Below are positions 48,624-57,718 of a DNA stretch of 64,000 bases, one piece after another. Under the pieces are notes generated by a model. It ran no database searches and was not told the DNA's origin. It saw only the letters and a list, made by a program, of their open reading frames with translations. A program made the translations under genes and the position numbers. Numbering within the stretch: the first letter of the stretch is position 1; every line of letters starts with the position of its first letter. This stretch comes from an uncultured Candidatus Saccharibacteria bacterium (GTDB taxonomy: Bacteria > Patescibacteriota > Dojkabacteria > J137): contig OZ246402.1 in NCBI GenBank assembly GCA_965230975.1, positions 800,859 through 864,858 of the forward strand, read 5' to 3'.

Positions 48624-49133
48624 CTACGACTGATTATAAGCTTGTTCCAATTTTGCAATATCAATTTTATGCATTTCTAGCATAGCATTCATAACTCTAT
48701 GCGCTTTTTGTTGATCCGGGTCTTGCAAAAGTTCACCCAATCTTTTTGGGATAATCTGCCAAGATAAGCCAAACTTGTCTTTGCACCAACCACACTGTTC
48801 TGATTCTGGAACAAAAGATAGTTTTTCCCAAAAATAATCTAGCTCTTCTTGGTTTTCGCATTCAATTTGAAAAGAAACTGCCTCTGAAAGTTTAAAAGTT
48901 GGGCCCCCATCTAAAGCCATAAAACTTTGCCCATTAAGTTCAAAGATTGCTGTTAAGACTTTACCAACCATGTTTTCAATTCCAGGAGTATTCATTCCTT
49001 GTTCATATTTTTGAATGCTAATAATCTTAGATTCTTGTAGCTTTACTGGTGAATTATTAAAAGTTTTAACATAGTGGTTTATAGCCTCTTCACAATTATC
49101 TGAAAACCAAATACATGGCGTTATTTTTTGCAT
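48624..49133 (-). CDS. VOC-superfamily protein (PhnB / 3-demethylubiquinone-9 3-methyltransferase-domain type)
   Basis: MQKITPCIWFSDNCEEAINHY... and ...CGWCKDKFGLSWQI are hallmarks of this family. Confidence 0.75.
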   Translation of the reverse strand: MQKITPCIWFSDNCEEAINHYVKTFNNSPVKLQESKIISIQKYEQGMNTPGIENMVGKVLTAIFELNGQSFMALDGGPTFKLSEAVSFQIECENQEELDYFWEKLSFVPESEQCGWCKDKFGLSWQIIPKRLGELLQDPDQQKAHRVMNAMLEMHKIDIAKLEQAYNQS

Positions 49134-49240
49134 TTATATATTTTAATAAGTATTTATTTAAATTTAACTTATGTATACCGTAAACTTCAAGTAAAGAAAT
49201 TGTAAATCTGTGATATATTTATAAAAACACAACCAAATTA

Positions 49241-49825
49241 ATGGACCAATTTAAAGGACAACCCAATTTAGAAATTGTAGCAAATAATATCGAAAAAAAG
49301 ATAAACTTACCTGTTCAAGTTATTATCTTGTGTGGGTTGCAAGGGTCCGGTAAAAGCACCGTAGGTAGAATTTTATCTGCAAGAACAAATTTACAATTAC
49401 TACTTTCAGACAAAATTAGAAAAGAAGTATTTCAAAACCCTAGCTACTCATCACTAGAAAGTACTTACGTTTATAGCAGAATGATAGCAATGGCATTAGA
49501 AAATTTAAATAATGGTTTACCTGTAGTGTTAGATGCCACACATACTAACCAACGAAACAGAGAGACAGAAGAGAGAATATTTAAATTAATGGGTTACCTT
49601 GTAAAAGTTGTTTATATTAAGGCTCCAAGTGATACTATAGTTAAGGAAAGAATTGAAAATAGAACAAATGACTTTAGTGATGCGGATTATGAAATCTATT
49701 TAAGAACTAAAACAAGATTTATTGAGCCAACAAACGCCATTGTTATAAATAACAATGGGGCAATTGCCGATTTACAAGAGCAAGTTGAAAATTTGGTACA
49801 AGAATTAGTGTTTGCAGAATGTTAA
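49241..49825 (+). CDS. P-loop kinase-like ATP-binding protein (AAA_33-like)
   Basis: Walker A CGLQGSGKST. The downstream LDATHTNQRNR is typical of small P-loop kinases. Confidence 0.6.
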   Translation: MDQFKGQPNLEIVANNIEKKINLPVQVIILCGLQGSGKSTVGRILSARTNLQLLLSDKIRKEVFQNPSYSSLESTYVYSRMIAMALENLNNGLPVVLDATHTNQRNRETEERIFKLMGYLVKVVYIKAPSDTIVKERIENRTNDFSDADYEIYLRTKTRFIEPTNAIVINNNGAIADLQEQVENLVQELVFAEC

Positions 49826-49849
49826 AATATTTATAGTTATTTAAAAGAT

Positions 49850-50272
49850 ATGAACCCAGAATATAAAATAGGTCAAGAGATAATAGGCGTTGTAGATAGA
49901 TTTTCACCTATGGGAATTAATGTAATTTTAGATGAATGCAATGAGGGATTGTTATATAACAACGAGGTTTTTAGGCATTTACGGAAAGGAGAACGAATTA
50001 AAGTTTATATAACAGATATTAGAGCAGATGGTAAAATAACACTCTCTTTACAGCAGCAAGGTTATAAAAATTTTATAGATAGCGCTACTAACCAAGTTTT
50101 ACATGCCCTACAACAATCAAATGGGTTTTTACCTTTAACCGATAAAAGTTCCCCCGAAGATATTTACTATAATCTTCAAATGAGCAAAAAAAGATTTAAA
50201 GATGCAGTTGGAGCACTATATAAAGCAAGAAAAATAGATATAACATCAGATGGCATAAAGCTAGTTAAATAA
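49850..50272 (+). CDS. S1 RNA-binding domain protein (CvfB/YitL-like C-terminal portion)
   Basis: S1-like barrel (GVVDRFSPMGINVILD...GERIKVYITDIRADGKITLS) followed by a winged-helix-like tail. Confidence 0.6.
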   Translation: MNPEYKIGQEIIGVVDRFSPMGINVILDECNEGLLYNNEVFRHLRKGERIKVYITDIRADGKITLSLQQQGYKNFIDSATNQVLHALQQSNGFLPLTDKSSPEDIYYNLQMSKKRFKDAVGALYKARKIDITSDGIKLVK

Positions 50273-50336
50273 AGCTGTGGCAATTGAGAAAAAATCACAA
50301 CTTGCTATGTTAAAAAATTCCCTATAATATTATTTT

Positions 50337-51158
50337 ATGACAAATAAAAAAACCATTATTGCTATAGCTTTATTTTCTATAATTACCTTAATTGCTATTA
50401 TACTAATTGTAATAGTTGGTACATTAGCAGATAAAAATAATTATTCTGATAGAAACGATTCGGGATTTAATAACAATGGGTATGGGAATTATCAAAAAAA
50501 TCAGAAATCTAGTTACACAGAGCAAAACCTACCAAAATTCATTAAGGAAAATTATATTGATTTAAATTTAATTGGTTTTGTATCTCAATTTAGGTCAGAT
50601 AACGGACATGACTTTTCCGATGAGACAGCTAAGTGTTCTAGTATGAAGCATTATTTTGAATTTCCACTAGGGAAACGATTAGATGTTAACGGTCCAAATG
50701 GAATTCCTGCAGACCCGACAGCACAAAATGGTGTGCCAATATATGCACCTGTAGATGGCACAATACTGGATATTCAGTCAGAAGTATTCCCATTAGGTAA
50801 ACAGCTTCATATTCAGGTAAAAGATTATACAGATTTTAAGGTAAGATTATTTCATATTTACCCGATTATCACTTTAAAAGTTGGTCAACAAGTTAAAGCA
50901 GGTGATCAAATTGGCTTAATAAATATGGGACAAGGTACAGATATTGCAGTAGAAGCAAATATAAATTCCAATAGAAGATTTTATTCAATTTTTGAGTTAA
51001 TGACCGATCAACTATTTCAAAAATATATACAAAAAGGTGCAAGTTCTAGAGATGAATTTATACTTTCAGAGCAATATCGTAAAGAGAATCCATTAACATG
51101 TAACGGCCAACAATTTACTAATCATTCAGAAACTTGGAAAGAGTGGGTTGCATTTTAA
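50337..51158 (+). CDS. membrane-anchored LytM/M23-like protein, probably catalytically degenerate
   Basis: TM anchor, HxxxD (GHDFSD), PIYAPVDGTI, VKAGDQIG. The HxH position reads GTDIAVE. Confidence 0.45.
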   Translation: MTNKKTIIAIALFSIITLIAIILIVIVGTLADKNNYSDRNDSGFNNNGYGNYQKNQKSSYTEQNLPKFIKENYIDLNLIGFVSQFRSDNGHDFSDETAKCSSMKHYFEFPLGKRLDVNGPNGIPADPTAQNGVPIYAPVDGTILDIQSEVFPLGKQLHIQVKDYTDFKVRLFHIYPIITLKVGQQVKAGDQIGLINMGQGTDIAVEANINSNRRFYSIFELMTDQLFQKYIQKGASSRDEFILSEQYRKENPLTCNGQQFTNHSETWKEWVAF

Positions 51159-51238
51159 GAATTTATAATACCAGTAGTTGTAAGTTTAAATAAATTCACC
51201 TGTCTACTATTTAGGTGTAAATATTCATTTTAACCAAA

Positions 51239-51264
51239 AACACCACCCCGAAAGGGGTGGTGTT
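51239..51264. terminator. bidirectional hairpin terminator between convergent genes
   Basis: ACACCACCCC-GAAA-GGGGTGGTGT, flanked by A5 upstream and T-rich sequence downstream. Confidence 0.7.
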
Positions 51265-51284
51265 TAAAATTTATTTAGTTAGCT

Positions 51285-54200
51285 TTACTTTTGCTTTTTC
51301 TTAAATACTCCCAAGTATATTGCTATTAACAATAAAACTATAAACAAAACAGCACATAGCAATGGAACAAACCAACTATTTGTTTGAGTTTCAGTTGTAG
51401 ATTCTCCTAAAACATTTCCACCCGCATTTTCATTGCTTTGATTTGACTCATCTGTACCATTTTCATTTGATTCTTCTTCTAAAGTGTTGTCAGTTTGGTT
51501 TTGTTCTTCTTGGCTATTGCTACCTTGATTTGAGTTACCTTGCCAACTTGCACCTATACCCAAAACCGCACCATTATTAACAACAATCACAACACCTGCA
51601 GATGCAGTATCTGAATTTGAATCTGTAACATCTAACCTACAATAGTAACTACCTGGAGTTGTTGGGACAGTTGCAGTATTAGTTAAACCTGTTGCAGTTA
51701 AAGTACCACTTCCAGAACAAGCACCAGACCAAACATAGCTAAAGTTTGCATCTCCCGAAAGAACATTACCTTGCAAAGTAACTAATGTTCCTTGAGATAC
51801 GTTTGTTGATGGTGTTGCAAAAATAATTACAGATGGAAGTGTGTTATTTGCACTTACAGTTATACTAGAAGTTGCAGTATCTCCATCAGAATCTGTGACT
51901 AGCACATTACAATTATAAGATGTTGCACTTGGTGTATTTAAAACTACACTTGCTGTGTTACCACTACAAGCACCACTCCATAAATAAGAAACTATTGTAT
52001 TACCAGCCAAAACATTGCCCGAAATATCTGCAATTAAAGTAACTGGTGTACCTACAAGAACAGATGTAGACGGGTTTGCATTAATAGATACAGATGGCAA
52101 AGTGTTATTAATAACTAGTTGCGAATTAGCAGTAGTTGTATTACCTGCTTCATCTGTAATACTACATTCAATATCTAATGTTTTTGTTAGGTTAGGTAAG
52201 TCAACATTTAAATCCCCGGGGCTGAACACAGAAGGGGTACATGTTAATGACAAGTTTTCCGGATTATTTAAAACAAAATCTTCAATAGCTGGTGCAGAAT
52301 CTCCTTCATTTATTGTTAAGGTTTGTAATTCTAAAATTGGGAAAACCTTATCAATATTAGTAACAGTAGCAATTGCACTACCTAAGTTACCTGCCAAATC
52401 TGAAAATGTAAATGTGAATGTTCCATTATCATCGAATGTGAACATGTTAGATGCTCCATTGTTTGTAATTGTAACAGTCTCACTTGTACTTAAAGTTGCT
52501 ACCACACTTGTGTTTGTAGGTGTAGTTATTGAGTAAGAAATACTACCAGTTGGGGCTACTGTATCTAAAGTTACATTCCAAATCTCGCTCCAATTACTTT
52601 CATTTCCCAATTGATCTATTGCTTTTACCTGCCAATACCATGTTCCATCTGGTGCACCAACAGAAAGTATTTGAGGTAAATTTAAAGGATTTTGAGCCGG
52701 GTTAGAACTTGATGTGTTTACCCATACACCAGAATTCAAAACCCCACCAACTTGGCTTGAACTTAAAGATGCTTGAAAAACATATGTAATTGGTCCTGGA
52801 TTATTATCTGTAGAAGAATCCCAATTAAAGTAAAAATTATTGGTATTTAAATACGAGTTATGTGGCAATCCATTTGTAGGTACAGATGGAGCAGTAGTAT
52901 CTAACACAAATTCATATTGAGTTGTATTGCCTGCTACATCAAATACTACAAGAGTATTTGTTCCCTCAATAGCTCCAAAAACTCCGGGTTTTACATTATT
53001 TAAATCACTCCAAGGGTTATTACTTAAATCTTTTACAACTCCATTAATGCTTACCTTATCTATTTTATTTGCATCATAAAGTTTAAAACTAACAATCTTA
53101 AACATATTTCCATTACCAATAGAAAATGGTGTATATGAATTACCCCATGCACTTCCTTTAACATAAAAACTAGGATTAGTTATATCTATAGTAAAGTCAA
53201 AAGTCTTGGTGGTAGATATATTTCCAGCTTTATCTTGAGCATTATATTTAAGTGTGTAGTTGCCTGCTGGTAAAGGTAAATTACCTGCCATAACAGTTGC
53301 TAAATCAATGGTGTGTGTCCCACTTAAACCTGAAATACTTACACTTGTGCTTCTATACAATGTACCATTTTTGTAAATATTACCAACTATCCTATCTAAA
53401 GCCAAATTATCTGTTGAATCAATAACTAAATCCATTGTTTGATTAAATACATTAGAAGAGGGTAGTGGGCTGGTAAGCGTTACTGTTGGCTTTGTATTAT
53501 CTATATAAAACTGTCTTAAAGCTTGGCCCCAAGTAGTATTGGAGTCTAAAAATTGTGCCGAGAATACATATAATCCATCTGGTGTTAATGTTGTATTGTA
53601 CTCACAAGATTCATCTAAAGATGTACCAAGTAAATCTGCACCAGGTGCTTCTTGGCAAACAAAAACTAAGTTACCTGAACTCTCAAACGCATCTTTCCAA
53701 TACCTTAAATAGTAACTACCCATTCCATAATCATCTGTAGCTAAAGCTCTACTTGTTATTGTGCCTTTTACATAAGAATTTTCTAAGGGTGTAGGGCTTA
53801 CAATATTCACAACAGGTGCTTCGTTACCAAACATATTTACATTCATAGCCAAGGTGAAAGGACTCCAATCTGTATCCCGTCTTAAAATACCAACGCCGCT
53901 TGCACCTGAATCTGTATAAAAACCTGCATGTGTTGTATTCCAAAATACTACACCTGGTTCTGTATCTGTACCAGTTGTAGGGCTTAATGTTGCTAAACTA
54001 ACATTTAAAGAATCATATGGACCAGGCATTCCAATTGGCGAGTATCCATGTACACTTGTGTTATATGCCAAAGTTATAATTACGTTATTTGGTAAAGTTA
54101 AATTATCTAAAGAAAAATCATAAGAGATATTAAATGCATATCCATTTGTACATACACCTCTTACTGCATCAAACCATTTACCTCCAAAAGGTACATTTGT

Positions 54201-55190
54201 TGAAGGATCTGTGCAGTTAACAGCGTCATAAGATGGTCTAAAAGGGATATTTGCATTTATAGTCTTGGTTGTAATTAAACTACCTACTTTATTTGTTCCA
54301 CTTGAACTATCTACATTGTAAATGTTTAAAGTAATAGGATGAGTAAAAGAGCTACCAGGTGTAGTTACACAAGCTTCTGTAGAAGTTCTATTAGGAACCC
54401 ATGCAGAGCCACTCCAAGAAAAGTCATTTTCACAAGACCAGTTTGTTAAACTAATTTCTATAGTGCTTAGTTTTCTAAAAGAACCTGCCAAAGTAATTTG
54501 ATCACCAAATTCTTTTGTTGAAGTAGCAGCATAACCCAAGCTTGAAAATGCACCAGGGTAAACTGATGGAATACTATTATAAGTAACTACAAAAACTGTA
54601 AAGTGGTTACCAGCGAAAGTTATTGTATTATTACCAATATTTGCATTAACATCTTTAAAACTAATATTATCTTCTGAATATTTAAGTTCTGCATTATTTC
54701 CAAAAGGATTAGGCAAAGTCATTACATATTCAAATGTGTAATTTTGCATGTTTGTATTAAACTCGTAGCCTTTAGAAAAAATACCTTCTACCATTAATTC
54801 AACTTCTTTAATACTAAAAAAATTATCGCCCTGTGGTAGTTTTGTAAAAGTTATATTTACCTGATTGTTATTATAAAAAGTGTAAAGATAGTTTAATTGA
54901 ATATTACTAAAAGTTTGTGTGCCATTCGAATCAATGGAATATTGAGGCTGAATTGGTTTTGAAGCCTCGTTTAAGCCTTTTCCAGGCTGATCAACTTGTA
55001 CATTTTCTGTACTATCAACCACAGCTGGTTCTTCTTGCTGATTGTATGTTGCTGGGTAAGACGGGATATTCTCATCTGTACCACTATATTCTTCTGCAAA
55101 TAAAGGTGTTACGGGGTAAACTAAAAAGAAGGCTAAATAACTCAGTAAGCAAAAAATCTTGAGCCGGGATTTTTGAGTAATTATTCTCAT
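51285..55190 (-). CDS. 1,301-aa cell-surface protein with Ig/Fn3/PKD-like domains and C-terminal TM anchor
   Basis: Signal peptide and multiple beta-rich modules, including two PKD-like ~88-aa repeats (LPSV-x-I-x-A-x-PST...WSGACSG...TDS-x-x-DTA). An acidic N/Q/E/S linker is followed by a hydrophobic helix and a KKKQK tail. Confidence 0.8.
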   Translation of the reverse strand: MRIITQKSRLKIFCLLSYLAFFLVYPVTPLFAEEYSGTDENIPSYPATYNQQEEPAVVDSTENVQVDQPGKGLNEASKPIQPQYSIDSNGTQTFSNIQLNYLYTFYNNNQVNITFTKLPQGDNFFSIKEVELMVEGIFSKGYEFNTNMQNYTFEYVMTLPNPFGNNAELKYSEDNISFKDVNANIGNNTITFAGNHFTVFVVTYNSIPSVYPGAFSSLGYAATSTKEFGDQITLAGSFRKLSTIEISLTNWSCENDFSWSGSAWVPNRTSTEACVTTPGSSFTHPITLNIYNVDSSSGTNKVGSLITTKTINANIPFRPSYDAVNCTDPSTNVPFGGKWFDAVRGVCTNGYAFNISYDFSLDNLTLPNNVIITLAYNTSVHGYSPIGMPGPYDSLNVSLATLSPTTGTDTEPGVVFWNTTHAGFYTDSGASGVGILRRDTDWSPFTLAMNVNMFGNEAPVVNIVSPTPLENSYVKGTITSRALATDDYGMGSYYLRYWKDAFESSGNLVFVCQEAPGADLLGTSLDESCEYNTTLTPDGLYVFSAQFLDSNTTWGQALRQFYIDNTKPTVTLTSPLPSSNVFNQTMDLVIDSTDNLALDRIVGNIYKNGTLYRSTSVSISGLSGTHTIDLATVMAGNLPLPAGNYTLKYNAQDKAGNISTTKTFDFTIDITNPSFYVKGSAWGNSYTPFSIGNGNMFKIVSFKLYDANKIDKVSINGVVKDLSNNPWSDLNNVKPGVFGAIEGTNTLVVFDVAGNTTQYEFVLDTTAPSVPTNGLPHNSYLNTNNFYFNWDSSTDNNPGPITYVFQASLSSSQVGGVLNSGVWVNTSSSNPAQNPLNLPQILSVGAPDGTWYWQVKAIDQLGNESNWSEIWNVTLDTVAPTGSISYSITTPTNTSVVATLSTSETVTITNNGASNMFTFDDNGTFTFTFSDLAGNLGSAIATVTNIDKVFPILELQTLTINEGDSAPAIEDFVLNNPENLSLTCTPSVFSPGDLNVDLPNLTKTLDIECSITDEAGNTTTANSQLVINNTLPSVSINANPSTSVLVGTPVTLIADISGNVLAGNTIVSYLWSGACSGNTASVVLNTPSATSYNCNVLVTDSDGDTATSSITVSANNTLPSVIIFATPSTNVSQGTLVTLQGNVLSGDANFSYVWSGACSGSGTLTATGLTNTATVPTTPGSYYCRLDVTDSNSDTASAGVVIVVNNGAVLGIGASWQGNSNQGSNSQEEQNQTDNTLEEESNENGTDESNQSNENAGGNVLGESTTETQTNSWFVPLLCAVLFIVLLLIAIYLGVFKKKQK

Positions 55191-55417
55191 AATATAGGAG
55201 ATAAAGAATAAATTTATACAACAGTTTTATATAAAGTATATCACTGTTTTCTTTAAATAAAAGCCCTATAACTCAAATTGTAAAAAAATTTACCAAATAA
55301 GTAATTCCATTTTAATCTGTTTATGGTATCATTCATATAACATAATCCCACAGATGTTTATACAATTTACAAATAATTAAATTTATTTGTTTTTTTATTT
55401 TTATTGACAATTAAATT

Positions 55418-57718
55418 ATGAAACTCTTTAACCGAACTGGAAAGTACAAATTCAATAAAAGACGTGAATTTGGAAGCGAAACCAATATCTCTCCACTACC
55501 TTGGCTTCATGAAAAGCCATCAACTTTTAAGCTAGTATTTAGTAGAGTAGCAATATTCTTAACTGTGTTCTTTTGGGTTTTATACATACTCTCAATTGTC
55601 CTAAGACAAGTTGTAAACTCTGCAGGTAGAGGTTATGACTTTACTTTAGAAGCATTTGCCTATGCAAGTGTGGTAACATTTCTAACATTTTCTGCATTAA
55701 TGTATTTAATATCTAGGCTAGGAGCATTTGAAAGATTCTTAAGCCATGTTAGAGTTCCACACTCAGTACTTGAAAAACATTTTAGTGAAAATAAATCAGA
55801 GATAACAGTATTGGTACCAAGCTATGATGAAGAGCCAAGCGTAATTAGAAAAACATTGCTTTCTGCAGCACTTCAAGAGTACCCCGAAAAGAGAGTAGTA
55901 CTATTACTAGACGACAAGCCTTTTCCAACTGACCCTAAGGTATTAAACAGATTGAATGAAACAAGAGAGATTGCTAAAGATATAAACACATTGTTAAAAG
56001 AACCTTTCAAAAGATTTGAAAAATCTTATTCAGAATTTACTAAAACAATATCTAGTAAAAAAAGTGCTACTAATAAAGATATTCAGTTAATCGAAAAAGA
56101 GTACGAATGGGCTGCACATTTTTTAAATAATTTAGCTGAATCAGAAAAAATTGAAGACCATGTTGATGTATTCTTTAAAGAGCAAGTATTACTTGGATTA
56201 TCTTACGATTTAAGTTTGGTAGCAAAAGCATTAAAAGCATCTAGCAATGATGGAGCAAAAATATCTCTAGAAAGAATTGATCAACTTTATCAAAGACTTT
56301 TATGGATTTTTAAATGTGAAGTTTCATATTTTGAAAGAAAAAAATATGTATCTTTATCACACGAAGCAAATAAAGCTATGAACCTAAACTCTTATATAGG
56401 GTTAATGGGTGGAACATATACAATAGAGGCAACTCCGGATGGGAACATACTTTTACCTTCTTCAGAGAAATCAGAAGGTGAGAAAATTACTATTAAAGAC
56501 TCAGAGTTCTTACTAACCTTGGATGCAGATTCAATATTACTTAGAGACTATTGCTTAAGACTTGTATACTTTTTACAAGAACCAGGCAACGAAAGAGTGG
56601 CAGTAACTCAAACACCCTATTCATCTTTTAGAGGAGCGTTTACGCGAATAGAAAGAATATCTGCTGCAACAACTGACATTCAACATATTTTGCACCAAGG
56701 CATGACTAAATTTAACGCAACCTTTTGGGTTGGTGCAAACGCAGTTATTAGAAAGAAAGCTGTAGAAGATATTGTGGAGAAAGAGTGGATTGGTGGTTTT
56801 GAGATAAAAAGATACATCCAAGATAGAACAGTAATTGAAGATACAGAATCTAGCATTGACTTAGCTAAACATGGTTGGAAGTTAGTTAACTATCCAGAAA
56901 GACTAAGTTACAGTGCTACACCGCCAGATTTTGGGTCACTTGTTATTCAAAGAAGAAGGTGGGCTAATGGCGGATTATTAATATTGCCAAAACTATGGAG
57001 CGTAATAAGTGAAAGAAAAAAAAGAAACGAAAATGTATCTTTAATGGAGATATTAATCAGAATAAACTACATGGCATCTATTGCCTGGTCAAGTTTGGGG
57101 CTACTATTCTTACTTGCATATCCATTTAATGGACAACTTTTAAGTACATTAGTTTTATTAACTGCATTACCGTACTTTATAGCTCAAGCAATAGATTTAA
57201 AATATTGTAGATACAATTATAGAGATATTTTAGGAATTTATGGTTTTAACTTAATATTACTACCCGTTAACTTGGCAGGAGTTTTAAAATCAATAGAACA
57301 AACACTTACCGGAAAGAAAATTCCATTTGCAAGAACACCAAAGATTAAAAACAGAACTGCCACAGGATTACTTTATGTTGCAGCACCATTAGGAATTGTA
57401 TTATTCTCAATTCTTACTTTTTGGAGAAATGTATTTGAACAAAACTGGGGAAACGCTTTATTTGCTGGCTTTAACGCTTTAGCCGCTGTTTGGGCAATTT
57501 CATCTTATATGGGAATTGGAAACTTCTTAACAGACTTTTGGTTAGGTATAACAAATTGGCTTTACGTAGAAGAGAAACCTAAAAAAGCAAAAACGGTTGC
57601 AAAGCCAGAAAAAGAACTAGACTGGAAAGCAGTTTTATACCACGGAGAAAGTGATGGTATTGTGCCATACACTTATTTAAAAAACTTAGTTGTTAATAAT
57701 GTTAAAGAATCAAAATGA
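55418..57718 (+). CDS. processive family-2 glycosyltransferase (cellulose/chitin/PNAG-synthase-like), membrane embedded
   Basis: Motifs VVLLLDDKP (DD), LTLDADS (DxD), VIEDTESSIDL (TED-like) and QRRRWANGG (Q-x-x-R-W), with TM helices on both sides of the catalytic domain. Confidence 0.8.
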   Translation: MKLFNRTGKYKFNKRREFGSETNISPLPWLHEKPSTFKLVFSRVAIFLTVFFWVLYILSIVLRQVVNSAGRGYDFTLEAFAYASVVTFLTFSALMYLISRLGAFERFLSHVRVPHSVLEKHFSENKSEITVLVPSYDEEPSVIRKTLLSAALQEYPEKRVVLLLDDKPFPTDPKVLNRLNETREIAKDINTLLKEPFKRFEKSYSEFTKTISSKKSATNKDIQLIEKEYEWAAHFLNNLAESEKIEDHVDVFFKEQVLLGLSYDLSLVAKALKASSNDGAKISLERIDQLYQRLLWIFKCEVSYFERKKYVSLSHEANKAMNLNSYIGLMGGTYTIEATPDGNILLPSSEKSEGEKITIKDSEFLLTLDADSILLRDYCLRLVYFLQEPGNERVAVTQTPYSSFRGAFTRIERISAATTDIQHILHQGMTKFNATFWVGANAVIRKKAVEDIVEKEWIGGFEIKRYIQDRTVIEDTESSIDLAKHGWKLVNYPERLSYSATPPDFGSLVIQRRRWANGGLLILPKLWSVISERKKRNENVSLMEILIRINYMASIAWSSLGLLFLLAYPFNGQLLSTLVLLTALPYFIAQAIDLKYCRYNYRDILGIYGFNLILLPVNLAGVLKSIEQTLTGKKIPFARTPKIKNRTATGLLYVAAPLGIVLFSILTFWRNVFEQNWGNALFAGFNALAAVWAISSYMGIGNFLTDFWLGITNWLYVEEKPKKAKTVAKPEKELDWKAVLYHGESDGIVPYTYLKNLVVNNVKESK

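Noticed and set aside
52015-52536. 173-aa plus-strand ORF. Similar antisense ORFs occur at 3489, 5323, 6073, 7436, 7814, 14649, 14929, 24339, 24786, 26940, 29808, 31919, 40446, 41161, 41704, 42620, 46515, 53555, 54917, 56621, 58191, 58865, 59069 and 60085.
   Set aside because: All are nested inside, and mostly antisense to, longer ORFs with clear domain content. None has motifs or a plausible start context.
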